From Desulfobacterales bacterium (GTDB lineage Bacteria > Desulfobacterota > Desulfobacteria > Desulfobacterales > B30-G6), in NCBI GenBank assembly GCA_029940035.1, contig JAOZRT010000002.1, positions 1 to 63,804 on the forward strand: DNA of 63,804 nucleotides, in the 5' to 3' direction. The notes beneath the pieces were generated by a model, which did not search any database, was not told the origin of the DNA, and worked only from the letters and a program-made list of their open reading frames with translations. Below are positions 30,284 to 39,152 of the stretch, in pieces. Each line of letters starts with the position of its first letter. The stretch's first letter is position 1. A program made the position numbers and the translations under genes.

Positions 30284-31211
30284 GGTCGTTTAATCTGCAG
30301 GCAATGCAGGCCCACTCCTCTTGGGTCTGGACTTCCAGGATATCGTACCCCCGGCGGGTCATTTTATCTGTCACTGCCTTTGCATTGCGACGGATAATGC
30401 CCGAACAGACAAGGATGCCGCTTTTCTTTAGATTATGATGAATGGTGTCCAGAAGCGCCGTGACAACGTCAAAGAGAATGTTGGCTGTAATAAAATCAAA
30501 GCGGTCCTCTACGGATTCCGCCAGGTGGCCCGAGCGGAACTGGTAAGTCCCGGGATCGATCAGGTTCAATTGCATATTTTCCCCGGCAATCCGTACAGCG
30601 AGCTCATCGTTGTCGATGCCCAGCAACCTTGCGGCCCCTAATTTCGCGGCTGCCAGCATCAGGATGCCGGAGCCGGTACCCACATCCAGGAATGAATAGC
30701 CCGGTTCCAGATATGTTTCGATCTGATGAACGCACATGGCGGTGGTGGGGTGGGTGCCCGTGCCAAAAGCCATTCCGGGATCGATTTCCAGCACGGTCTC
30801 ATCCGGCCCGGGGGTATATTCCCGCCAGGTTGGCTTGACCACAATACGGTCTGTTATGTGCTCCGGCCAGAAAAAGGCTTTCCATGATTCCGCCCATTCC
30901 TCTTCATCCATACGGCGCATGTTGAGGTCATGGGTGAAGCCGATGTCTCTTCCGAGCTGTTCGATCTTACTTTTCAGCAGCCGTTGGTTTGCATTAGCCT
31001 TTTCTGTACCTGGAAAGTAACCGGTTACGGCATGCCGTTCGGGTCGACCCACGGCATCGCTGCCCCAGCCCTCATCCGGTACAAGCTCCGGATCATCGAC
31101 AACGACACCCTTCAGCCCGAACCCGTAGAAAACATCGGCGATTAAATCCGACACGAGGTACGGATCACCGCTGTCGAAAAGAACCTTTATTTCAAGCCAA
31201 TCATTCATCAT
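30267..31211 (-). CDS. prmA: 50S ribosomal protein L11 methyltransferase
   Basis: 314-aa ORF with the PrmA N-domain, IDPGMAFGTGTHPTT, and the SAM motif LDVGTGSGIL. Confidence 0.9.
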   Translation of the reverse strand: MMNDWLEIKVLFDSGDPYLVSDLIADVFYGFGLKGVVVDDPELVPDEGWGSDAVGRPERHAVTGYFPGTEKANANQRLLKSKIEQLGRDIGFTHDLNMRRMDEEEWAESWKAFFWPEHITDRIVVKPTWREYTPGPDETVLEIDPGMAFGTGTHPTTAMCVHQIETYLEPGYSFLDVGTGSGILMLAAAKLGAARLLGIDNDELAVRIAGENMQLNLIDPGTYQFRSGHLAESVEDRFDFITANILFDVVTALLDTIHHNLKKSGILVCSGIIRRNAKAVTDKMTRRGYDILEVQTQEEWACIACRLNDLRKQF

Positions 31212-31315
31212 CTACTCATAAAATAACCATATGAAACGAGATCTATCCAAAATCGCAAGCCTCATTCCTGCAGCGGGAAACTCAAACTAAAAAAATAACG
31301 GCGAAGCCGTAAAAC

Positions 31316-31366
31316 AAAATAAAATGGGATTGCATTTGATCTTTTAATGCAATCCCATTTTATTTT
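31316..31366. terminator. long AT-rich perfect hairpin (21-bp arms, 9-nt loop)
   Basis: The arm aaaataaaatgggattgcatt (31316-31336) is the exact reverse complement of 31346-31366. The hairpin overlaps the stop of the radical SAM gene, and T-runs follow on the minus strand. Confidence 0.7.
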
Positions 31367-32640
31367 GGGGGATTAAAATAGCCATGCCTTACTCCCGGAA
31401 ACCGATCATGGATGGTGTCGATGATTGCCCGCATGCCCAGCACCTGCTCTTCCCGACCATCCTGACCCATGGCCTGCCAGTAACGGATCGGGTCAAAATT
31501 CAGATTGCGCCATTGAATCATGTTAATGGGGTGGGCTTCGATAAATGCCGTGAGTGTGTCCAACTCGCCGGCCGTATCCGTAAAACCGGGCATGTTCAAA
31601 TAGTTGATGGCCACGTGCCGATCTTTTTCTAGGGCCAGGTCGATGCTCCTGACGACATCCGCAAACACGTAACCCCGGGGGTTGAAATACGCCTGGTAGG
31701 CTTCTTCGCGCACACTGTTCATACTGATGCGGATGCTGTCGAGACCGGCATCCAGAAGTTTTTTCAACACCTCCGGCAGCCCGCCGTTGGTGTTCATGTT
31801 GATGGTCCCCTGATCGGTTCGGACGCGTATCATCCGTATGGCCGGCTCGATAACACCGGCCGCTAACAAGGGGTCCCCCTCACAGCCCTGGCCGAAGCTA
31901 ACCACACTATTTTTGACTTGGCCGATATGTTCCAGGGCCACACCGGCGATCTCCTCCGGGTCCGGCGTGAATCCGATACGCTCCTGGCTGCAGGGGATAT
32001 CCGTGTCCTTCTGCAGCGACAAACACCCCAGGCAGGCGGCATTGCACGCCTTGGCTGTGGGCAGGGGTGCCTCGAAACGGCCCAGGAAAAAATTCTTGCC
32101 CGCCGGGCAACCATATTCAAGTGCGCATTTCTCCAGGTGTTTTCTCAACCGATTGCCCGGAAGCTTGTTACGCATGAATTCAATGCCGTGCAGGATGTCT
32201 TCCTGCTTCATGAACCGCAGATCCTGCCGTGGCTCCGAATCAACCAGGATGGCTGCCGAGCGAAAGCCGTCCCCGTGCCACCCCACCGCCCCATAGGAAA
32301 AAAGCGGCAGAATATCCGCATGGCGTCTTTCCCGATAGGCACAGACACTGAAAATGACATGCCCGGGGGAGTTGAAGGCTGCCACCGGAAAGAGGTCTTC
32401 ATCCGGCTGAAAAGGGTTCTTGTCCATCATCTCGAACTCAGCGGACGCTATATCATACAGAATAGGAATTCGGTCCGGCAGGCGCATCAGTTCGCTGCCA
32501 AAGGGCAATTCAATGGAGTCGTCAATCGTCAGCGGATACAGGCTCCTGCCAGCCATTCCCACGGCAGCGTATCCCTCAAGGTCGAAAATCTCACCCTGGT
32601 CATTGGAGACCACTGCGGTTATCATTTGTTTGACATCCAT
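31360..32640 (-). CDS. radical SAM protein with ~190-aa N-terminal extension
   Basis: 426-aa ORF with a CX3CX2C cluster motif (CNAACLGC) at about residue 200. TIM-barrel-like G-rich motifs (SFGQGCEGDPL) lie downstream. The subfamily is not recognised. Confidence 0.75.
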   Translation of the reverse strand: MDVKQMITAVVSNDQGEIFDLEGYAAVGMAGRSLYPLTIDDSIELPFGSELMRLPDRIPILYDIASAEFEMMDKNPFQPDEDLFPVAAFNSPGHVIFSVCAYRERRHADILPLFSYGAVGWHGDGFRSAAILVDSEPRQDLRFMKQEDILHGIEFMRNKLPGNRLRKHLEKCALEYGCPAGKNFFLGRFEAPLPTAKACNAACLGCLSLQKDTDIPCSQERIGFTPDPEEIAGVALEHIGQVKNSVVSFGQGCEGDPLLAAGVIEPAIRMIRVRTDQGTINMNTNGGLPEVLKKLLDAGLDSIRISMNSVREEAYQAYFNPRGYVFADVVRSIDLALEKDRHVAINYLNMPGFTDTAGELDTLTAFIEAHPINMIQWRNLNFDPIRYWQAMGQDGREEQVLGMRAIIDTIHDRFPGVRHGYFNPPK

Positions 32641-32646
32641 TCTTTT

Positions 32647-33165
32647 TTATCCAGAATACACATGCTTGACGATGTGGCCCAGCTCTGGAAATATCAGGGC
32701 CTTGCAGGCCAGCTTGCAGGCTTTTAAACTACCCGGCATGCAGAAAACCGCTGTTTTTCCCTTAATACCGGCCATGGCACGCGACATGAGAGCGGCGGAA
32801 TCGATCTCCTCGAAAGATAGCTGGGCAAAAAGGGCGGCAAAGGCGGTGAGCTCCTTGTCGAGCAGGGGTTTGATGGCTTCGATGGTCACATCTTTTTCGC
32901 TGATACCGGTGCCGCCCGTCACCAGCACCGCATGGGGAAGGCTTTTTTCCATACAGCTCCTGAGAGCTTCGGAAATCGCGTAGGTCTGGTCCGGCACCAC
33001 CTCATGCGACACGACTGCATGGCCTTCCTTCCTGGCCAGCGTTGCAATCCAATGGCCGCTTTTGTCTTCTTCCAACGTACGCGTGGTCGAAACCGATATT
33101 ACACTGATTTTCAGATTTTTCGGCGCTTTGGATTTGTGCTCTATAGTACTCATGCGTCCTCTCAA
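32647..33165 (-). CDS. moaB: MogA/MoaB family molybdenum cofactor biosynthesis protein
   Basis: 172-aa ORF with ISVS..R...EDKSG and the TGGTG.S..D motif (LVTGGTGISEKDVT), plus the GS..A closing block. Confidence 0.85.
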   Translation of the reverse strand: MRGRMSTIEHKSKAPKNLKISVISVSTTRTLEEDKSGHWIATLARKEGHAVVSHEVVPDQTYAISEALRSCMEKSLPHAVLVTGGTGISEKDVTIEAIKPLLDKELTAFAALFAQLSFEEIDSAALMSRAMAGIKGKTAVFCMPGSLKACKLACKALIFPELGHIVKHVYSG

Positions 33166-33403
33166 ATTTCTTTGGCACGGTTGCCTTGCCCCATGCTGCT
33201 CAATCGACCATGGGACACCGGTCCATGGGCAAAGCTTTACGTTGTTGTCGGTCCACTATCATGGTTTCTATAACCATTAGAAACAATCACCACAAGCATT
33301 AAATATTACTGAATTATGGAGATTTGCTCTAATCTCATTGGTTTTGACAAGAGGCATGTTTCTAATGCTTGATTTTAAACCTTTGTTTATCTATTGTGCC
33401 TGC

Positions 33404-34018
33404 ATGTTGAATCGAGGGTGCACCGGGGTCATCCTGGCCGGAGGTCAAAACAAGCGCTTTGGAGGAATGGACAAGGCTTTTGAGCGTGTTGGCGAAGCGT
33501 CCATCTTTGAACACATATACCATATTTTCAGGGAGCAGTTCGGCCAGATCCTCCTGGTTACCAACCACCCTGAAAAATTCATGGCCTGGGATATTCCCAT
33601 GGCCGCAGACCTGTTCGGTTTTCGCAGCTCCCTCACCGGGCTCCACACGGGTCTGTTTTACACGACGACCCCCTATGCATTTTTTGCCGCGTGTGATACA
33701 CCTTTTCTTAAAAAAGAAATGGTTCAGGCCGTCCTAAACGCCATCGAGCCCAAACTCGACATCGTCGTTCCCCAGACAGAGCTGGGGTTCGAACCGCTGT
33801 GCGCTGCCTACAGCCGGCTATGCCTGAAACCAATTCAGGCACAGCTGGAAAAAAAGGAACTTCAGATCCAGCGTCTGTTCAAAACCATGCGTACCCGTAA
33901 AATACCGGAAACGGCCTTACGAAAAATCGATCCGGAGCTGACCTCTTTTTTTAACATCAACACCCCTGAAGATCTTGAACGGGCCAGACAAATGGCAGGA
34001 GGAAACCCAACCAAATGA
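33404..34018 (+). CDS. mobA: molybdenum cofactor guanylyltransferase
   Basis: The N-terminal motif is GVILAGGQNKRFGG.DK, followed by the ACD.PF block. I prefer the ATG at 33404 over the track start at 33338. Confidence 0.8.
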   Translation: MLNRGCTGVILAGGQNKRFGGMDKAFERVGEASIFEHIYHIFREQFGQILLVTNHPEKFMAWDIPMAADLFGFRSSLTGLHTGLFYTTTPYAFFAACDTPFLKKEMVQAVLNAIEPKLDIVVPQTELGFEPLCAAYSRLCLKPIQAQLEKKELQIQRLFKTMRTRKIPETALRKIDPELTSFFNINTPEDLERARQMAGGNPTK

Positions 34019-34389
34019 AACTGGAGCAATTAATCGATAAAATCAAGCAGCATCCTGATTATCATCAATCTGGAATGATTCTGGCCCACAATGGTGTGGT
34101 GCGGCAGACCTCCCGGGATGGCCGGAGTGTTACCGGCCTCAGGGTTGCGGTGGACCGTAAAAAATTGGGGGATATCATCGCCCGCCAAAAAGAAACCCCG
34201 GGGATTGTTGAAATACTGGTGGAAATATTCGATGACCGGGATCTGGCCGTGGGGGATGACGTCATGTTCCTTGTGGTGGCAGGGGATATCCGGGAAACCG
34301 TTATTGCGACCCTTAAAGAGACGGTGGATGAGATAAAAGGCACAGTGACCCAGAAAACAGAGTTTTATACCGATGAGGACAACCTTTAA
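34015..34389 (+). CDS. MoaE-like (molybdopterin synthase large-subunit fold) protein
   Basis: 124-aa ORF overlapping the mobA stop. It matches the overall MoaE pattern (G.....G.VR.....G..V..L....D...L..I........GIV......I..L.VGD....V.V.G..R). It is shorter than MoaE and lacks some conserved residues. Confidence 0.5.
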   Translation: MKLEQLIDKIKQHPDYHQSGMILAHNGVVRQTSRDGRSVTGLRVAVDRKKLGDIIARQKETPGIVEILVEIFDDRDLAVGDDVMFLVVAGDIRETVIATLKETVDEIKGTVTQKTEFYTDEDNL

Positions 34390-34431
34390 TAATACTTTGT
34401 GTCCTTTGTGGTTTCCAGCCAAAGGAGGCGT

Positions 34432-34914
34432 ATGTCAAAATTTACCCACATCGATGAAAAAGGGCGGGTACGCATGGTGGATGTCACCACCAAAAAGCCC
34501 ACCGACCGTAGAGCCACGGCTCAAGCGTGTATCTCCATGACCCCGGAAACATTTATTGCGATCATGGACCAGACCGTCAAAAAGGGCAATGTATTGGAAA
34601 CCGCCCGGATTGCGGGCATCATGGCGGCCAAAAAGACCGCGAGCCTGATTCCCATGTGCCACCCCCTCAACATTACCCATGTCCAGATAGATTTTTTTCC
34701 GGATCCGGCTGACAATACCATCCGCATTGAATCTTTGGTGCGCATCGTCGATCAGACCGGGGTGGAAATGGAAGCGTTGACCGCTGCATCCATTGCCGCA
34801 CTGACCATTTACGACATGTGTAAGTCCCATGACAAGACAATGACCATCTCGGAAATAATGTTGTTGAAAAAGAGCGGCGGAAAAAGTGGTGCATTTAATA
34901 GGGACCTAAATTGA
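34432..34914 (+). CDS. moaC: cyclic pyranopterin monophosphate synthase
   Basis: The ATG at 34432 is preceded by AAAGGAGG. The protein reads MSKFTHID..G...MVDV..K..T.R.A.A......, then PMCHPL and TGVEMEALTAAS..ALT.YDM.K. Confidence 0.9.
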   Translation: MSKFTHIDEKGRVRMVDVTTKKPTDRRATAQACISMTPETFIAIMDQTVKKGNVLETARIAGIMAAKKTASLIPMCHPLNITHVQIDFFPDPADNTIRIESLVRIVDQTGVEMEALTAASIAALTIYDMCKSHDKTMTISEIMLLKKSGGKSGAFNRDLN

Positions 34915-36161
34915 GCGATAAAAAAATGAAAGCTGCCAAGACTGCCCCTGAAACTTTTGTACGGCCCATTCATCTTGTGATAGCACTGATATTCCTTCTT
35001 TTTTCCGCTGGTTGCAGCCTTTTTATCAAACCCGATATTACGAAAATGAATTCCCTCGAAAGGATCCCTGTTTCGAAGTATCCTCTTTTCAAAGACAACG
35101 GTGATTTTAACGACCTCATTGCCGGCATCGACGGGAGTTTAGCGTATCTATCCAGGATACCCGCCGAGAGGGAATTCTATTTCAATGAAGATATTTACAC
35201 CGCCGGGCATCTAAAAAACTCCCTGCTTGTTTTTCGGAATAAAGTGGCAGAAAAGCCGGTCCCCATGGATTTGAACCGCTTCATCAGGGAAAATTACCTT
35301 CTCTACCGGTCCGTAGGCAGCAACGGCAGGGGGGAAATGCTCTTTACCGGATACTATGAACCTGCCATAAAGGGCCGTCTCGAAAAAAGCCCGGGCTACC
35401 CTTACCCGGTATATGCCAGCCCGAATGACCTGACCACCATCGACCTGTCGTTGTTCGGGGATGACTTCAAAGGGAAAAAAATTATAGGCCGACACACCGG
35501 CCGCACCGTCGTACCTTACTACGATCGCAGCGAGATAGACCATACCGGTATTCTTGACGGTCACAGCGAGATCCTGGCTTGGGTCGGTGACCCTATCGAC
35601 TTGTTTTTCCTTCAAATTCAAGGATCCGGCAAAATCATTCTGGAATCGGGGAACTATATAAACGTTCATTATCATACAATCAACGGTCACCCCTACCGCA
35701 GCATCGGCAGAATGCTGATCGATGAAGGTAAAATTGCCAGAGAAGAGATGTCCATGCAAAAAATTCGATCCTACCTCAAAGAGCATCCCGAAGAGGTGGA
35801 GCGTGTGCTCAACTACAACCCGAGTTATGTTTTTTTCAAATTGGAAGACGATGGCCCCATCGGCTACATCCAGGTGAAACTGACCCCTGTGCGCTCCATC
35901 GCCCTGGACCGTAAAATATTTCCTCCGGCTGCCCTGGCCTATATTGAAACACAAAAGCCCGAACTCGACCGATTCGGTGAAATCTATCAGTGGCAACCGC
36001 TCAGCACGTTTGTGCTTAACCAGGACACCGGCGGTGCCATCAAGGGACCGGGAAGGGCGGATGTCTTCTGGGGCAATGGCCATTATGCGGAAGTTGCCGC
36101 CGGCCACATGCAGCATCCCGGGAAACTTTATTTTCTAGTTCTCAACCCGGATACGCTGTAA
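34911..36161 (+). CDS. mltA: murein transglycosylase A
   Basis: MltA blocks are present (FTGYYEP, PYYDR.EI, L.WV.DP.D.FFL.IQGSG, Y...NGHPY.SIG) along with the 3D domain DTGGAIKG..R.D.F.G. Confidence 0.85.
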   Translation: MSDKKMKAAKTAPETFVRPIHLVIALIFLLFSAGCSLFIKPDITKMNSLERIPVSKYPLFKDNGDFNDLIAGIDGSLAYLSRIPAEREFYFNEDIYTAGHLKNSLLVFRNKVAEKPVPMDLNRFIRENYLLYRSVGSNGRGEMLFTGYYEPAIKGRLEKSPGYPYPVYASPNDLTTIDLSLFGDDFKGKKIIGRHTGRTVVPYYDRSEIDHTGILDGHSEILAWVGDPIDLFFLQIQGSGKIILESGNYINVHYHTINGHPYRSIGRMLIDEGKIAREEMSMQKIRSYLKEHPEEVERVLNYNPSYVFFKLEDDGPIGYIQVKLTPVRSIALDRKIFPPAALAYIETQKPELDRFGEIYQWQPLSTFVLNQDTGGAIKGPGRADVFWGNGHYAEVAAGHMQHPGKLYFLVLNPDTL

Positions 36162-36394
36162 ATTTTTCAGAACCTGAACAGATTTATGACCGCCGGTATA
36201 ATAGGTTGACACATTATTCAAAACTAATGTATTTCAATTGGGTTCATTGCTTAAACGGTTGTAGCATAACTTTAAATCATTAATTTGAATTTACCTGGGT
36301 GATGTGTGTACCCGATGTTTTTCAATTCGATTCCCACAGTGTGTGAGAACGGATAAAAAGAATACAAAAATTCAAATTTAAGGGGTAACATAAT

Positions 36395-36868
36395 ATGTTC
36401 GGTATCGGAATGCCGGAAATGATTTTGATTTTGGCGGTAGCGCTCATCGTTATCGGCCCGAAAAAACTGCCTGATCTTGCCAAATCCCTTGGGAGAGCCA
36501 TGGGCGAATTCAAAAAAGCCACCAGCGACCTTAAACAGTCCATGGAGACGGATACGGGCTTGTCCGAGGTCAAGGAAACCTTGGATGACATTAACAGCGA
36601 TATTAAACAGTCTATCAGTTTCGATAATATTGAAGATTACGAACCCGCTGCTAAATCCGCTGAAAGTGACACCCAAAAGTCGACGGAAACCGGTGAATTT
36701 AAGGAAAGAAAAAGCAACCCCGAGGCCATGGACGACTTGAAAAATGCGTTTGCTGAAATGAACAATGCAGACGATGTCGAATCCTCTTCTGGCGAAACCG
36801 ATCAAACCGAAAACGACTCAGCGATAGAAACGACAGAAGAGGGAAAGACCCAAGATGAAAGAGGATGA
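36395..36868 (+). CDS. Sec-independent protein translocase, TatA/TatB family
   Basis: The N-terminus MFGIGMPEMILILAVALIVIGPKKLPDLAKSLGRAMGEFKKA has the TM plus amphipathic-helix signature. The long acidic tail (157 aa total) fits TatB-like length. It lies directly upstream of tatC. Confidence 0.85.
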   Translation: MFGIGMPEMILILAVALIVIGPKKLPDLAKSLGRAMGEFKKATSDLKQSMETDTGLSEVKETLDDINSDIKQSISFDNIEDYEPAAKSAESDTQKSTETGEFKERKSNPEAMDDLKNAFAEMNNADDVESSSGETDQTENDSAIETTEEGKTQDERG

Positions 36869-37613
36869 AAAGCTCCCCTTTACCATACACCTCGAGGAGC
36901 TGAGGCGTCGGCTCATTACCGGTTTTGTCGCCATCGGTATCGGCTTTGCCGGCTCATATGCCTTTAAAGAACAGCTGTTTGAAATTCTGACCGCACCCCT
37001 CATCTCGGTGATGAAGCCCGGCGAAACCCTCATTTACACCAACCTTCCGGAAGCATTCTTCACTTTCTTAAAGGCAGCGCTTATATCCGGTATCATGCTG
37101 GCCTCGCCCGTCATCATTTACCAATTCTGGATGTTCATCGCCCCCGGGCTCTACCAAAAAGAGAAACGCATGATGATTCCGGTGGTGATTCTTTCCACCC
37201 TCTTTTTTTTAGGCGGCTCTTTGTTCGGCTATTTCATCGTTTTTCCCTTTGGATTTAAATTTTTTCTGGGGTTTGCATCGGAAACGATCCGACCGCTTCC
37301 ATCCATGAAAGAATATCTCAGTTTTTCCTCCAAACTACTTCTGGCCTTTGGATTGGTTTTCGAGCTCCCTCTGGTGCTCACCTTCCTGGCTAAACTGGGT
37401 ATTGTATCTGTTGATTTTTTAAAGAAAAACCGTAAATACGCCTTGCTCCTGTTCTTTGCCGGAGCAGCCATCTTAACCCCCCCTGATGTCGTTACCCAGG
37501 TCATGATGGCCCTGCCCATGATGCTCCTCTATGAAGTCAGCATCGTCGGGGCCAGGATTTTCGGTAAAAAGAAAGCTAAACCGGAACCCGAAGAAGAGTC
37601 CACACCCGGTTGA
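36855..37613 (+). CDS. tatC: twin-arginine translocase subunit TatC
   Basis: 252-aa ORF with 6 TM segments. It has the HLEELRRRL N-terminal motif and the P..PGLY..E block. Confidence 0.9.
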   Translation: MKEDEKLPFTIHLEELRRRLITGFVAIGIGFAGSYAFKEQLFEILTAPLISVMKPGETLIYTNLPEAFFTFLKAALISGIMLASPVIIYQFWMFIAPGLYQKEKRMMIPVVILSTLFFLGGSLFGYFIVFPFGFKFFLGFASETIRPLPSMKEYLSFSSKLLLAFGLVFELPLVLTFLAKLGIVSVDFLKKNRKYALLLFFAGAAILTPPDVVTQVMMALPMMLLYEVSIVGARIFGKKKAKPEPEEESTPG

Positions 37614-37735
37614 ATCCCTCTGAACCAGCTTTATCATTGACACATCAACACAGAATTGATACTTGTAGTGGCGTAATAACGAGTTGAATTTAAAGATTTA
37701 AAAAGGACCATGAAAAAAGGAGGCACAAGAACGCT

Positions 37736-38209
37736 ATGTTGAAAAAGGGCTTACTTGCAGCGGCGGTTATCGCCTTTGTCACCGTGTTTGCTATCGGGGG
37801 GCTTCAAGCCGGAACCGATGTGGCTGACGAATTTATGATGAAAAGCGACTATCCCCATAAAAAGGGTATTGTCAAGTTCACCCACAAAAAGCATATTGAC
37901 GAGTACGGAGCCACGTGCGGTGAGTGTCATCATGATGCCGACAACAAACCGCGCAACGATTTGAAAATGGGCGACGATGTTCAAAAATGCATTGAGTGCC
38001 ATAAAAAACCCGGTGAGGTTACCAAGGAACTGAAAAAGGAATGGAAGGCCAAAAAAGTAAAAAAGAAGGAAAAGGACAAGCTGGCCAGAGAATTCCACGC
38101 CGAAGCCGTGCATGACAATTGCAGGACCTGCCACAAGGCACACAACAAGAAAACCAAGACCAAAGACGCGCCCACCACGTGCGCCAAGTGTCATCCCAAA
38201 GAAGGATAA
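37736..38209 (+). CDS. tetraheme cytochrome c3 family protein
   Basis: It has a signal peptide and four CXXCH heme motifs (CGECHH, CIECHK, CRTCHK, CAKCHP) within 157 aa, with interspersed His ligands. Confidence 0.85.
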   Translation: MLKKGLLAAAVIAFVTVFAIGGLQAGTDVADEFMMKSDYPHKKGIVKFTHKKHIDEYGATCGECHHDADNKPRNDLKMGDDVQKCIECHKKPGEVTKELKKEWKAKKVKKKEKDKLAREFHAEAVHDNCRTCHKAHNKKTKTKDAPTTCAKCHPKEG

Positions 38210-38213
38210 ACCC

Positions 38214-38258
38214 AAAGAGAAAATGCCCGCATGAAAAACATACGGGCATTTTCTCTTT
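38214..38258. terminator. bidirectional intrinsic terminator (16-bp perfect stem)
   Basis: The arm aaagagaaaatgcccg (38214-38229) is the exact reverse complement of cgggcattttctcttt (38243-38258). It sits between the convergent cytochrome c3 and PrmA-like genes. Confidence 0.75.
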
Positions 38259-38270
38259 GTAAATTTTTAA

Positions 38271-39152
38271 TTATTTCTTTTCAAATCCGCTTGTCGGCTC
38301 AAAAACCAGCCCGGCCCATTCTTTTTCAATGCCCTCCCAGAAAACAGCCATCCTGTGTTCCGTTGACACCATTTTCAGTGGCTCAATTTCATTATTTTTT
38401 ATACCGGACACGATTAAAAAACCATTGGTGTCTAATAACTCAACCATCCGTGTGAAATAGTCTTTCAGGGTTGGAAATCGCAGGTTGGCAATAACAATTG
38501 AAAAATTACCTGCTATAGCGTCGAGAGAGTCGCCTGAAATGTCAATCTTTGCAGCCAAATTATTCAACGTCACATTTTCCAACGCCTCCACACGGGCACA
38601 TGGATCGATATCGATCCCAATACCGTGATCAAGGCCCAGCCTGATCCCCGCGATCACCAGGACGCCCGAACCGGTGCCGATATCCAGCAGATGGGTCCGA
38701 TTTTTGGATTCTGGCAATGGAAAACACCTGCAAACCCACTCCAATGCTTGCAGAGACAGGCGGGTTGTTGGATGAAAGCCTGTTCCAAAGGCAGCCCCCT
38801 TTTTGATGCTGATCGCAATATCCCCGGGCAAGGCCTCATGGTATGACAGATAGTCGCATTCTGGCGGCTTGAGGACAATCGAGTTGGCTACCCGCACCGG
38901 CTTTTCAAAGGAGGGCTCCAGAAAGGAATGACCAAACTGGTACGTGTAAATGAGCGCCCTTTGCTGCACAAGGCGCTTTATCGAGGATTCAATCCGGCCG
39001 CGTTCTAGAGTCCGGCACACGTGTTTAGCCAGGCGTTTCAGTTCGAGAGGTGTCAGACGGTCGAGGGAGTTGCTCACGATACCGAGGACACGGGCATCAA
39101 GGGTTGCATCAGACATTGCCGTAGCGATGCTTGTTGGTGGCGAACCGTTCAC
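38271..39152 (-). CDS. PrmA-family (L11-methyltransferase-like) SAM-dependent methyltransferase paralog
   Basis: 293-aa ORF with AAFGTGFHPTT and the SAM motif LDIGTGSGVL, as in PrmA, but with an unrelated N-terminal region. Its GTG start overlaps the dsrN stop (GTGA). An alternative ATG lies at 39116. Confidence 0.75.
   Translation of the reverse strand: MNGSPPTSIATAMSDATLDARVLGIVSNSLDRLTPLELKRLAKHVCRTLERGRIESSIKRLVQQRALIYTYQFGHSFLEPSFEKPVRVANSIVLKPPECDYLSYHEALPGDIAISIKKGAAFGTGFHPTTRLSLQALEWVCRCFPLPESKNRTHLLDIGTGSGVLVIAGIRLGLDHGIGIDIDPCARVEALENVTLNNLAAKIDISGDSLDAIAGNFSIVIANLRFPTLKDYFTRMVELLDTNGFLIVSGIKNNEIEPLKMVSTEHRMAVFWEGIEKEWAGLVFEPTSGFEKK

Noticed and set aside
33171-33190. A sigma54-like TGGCACG...TTGC motif between moaB and mobA.
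   Set aside because: The GG-to-GC spacing does not fit the -24/-12 consensus. TTGC occurs one or six nt after TGGCACG rather than four.
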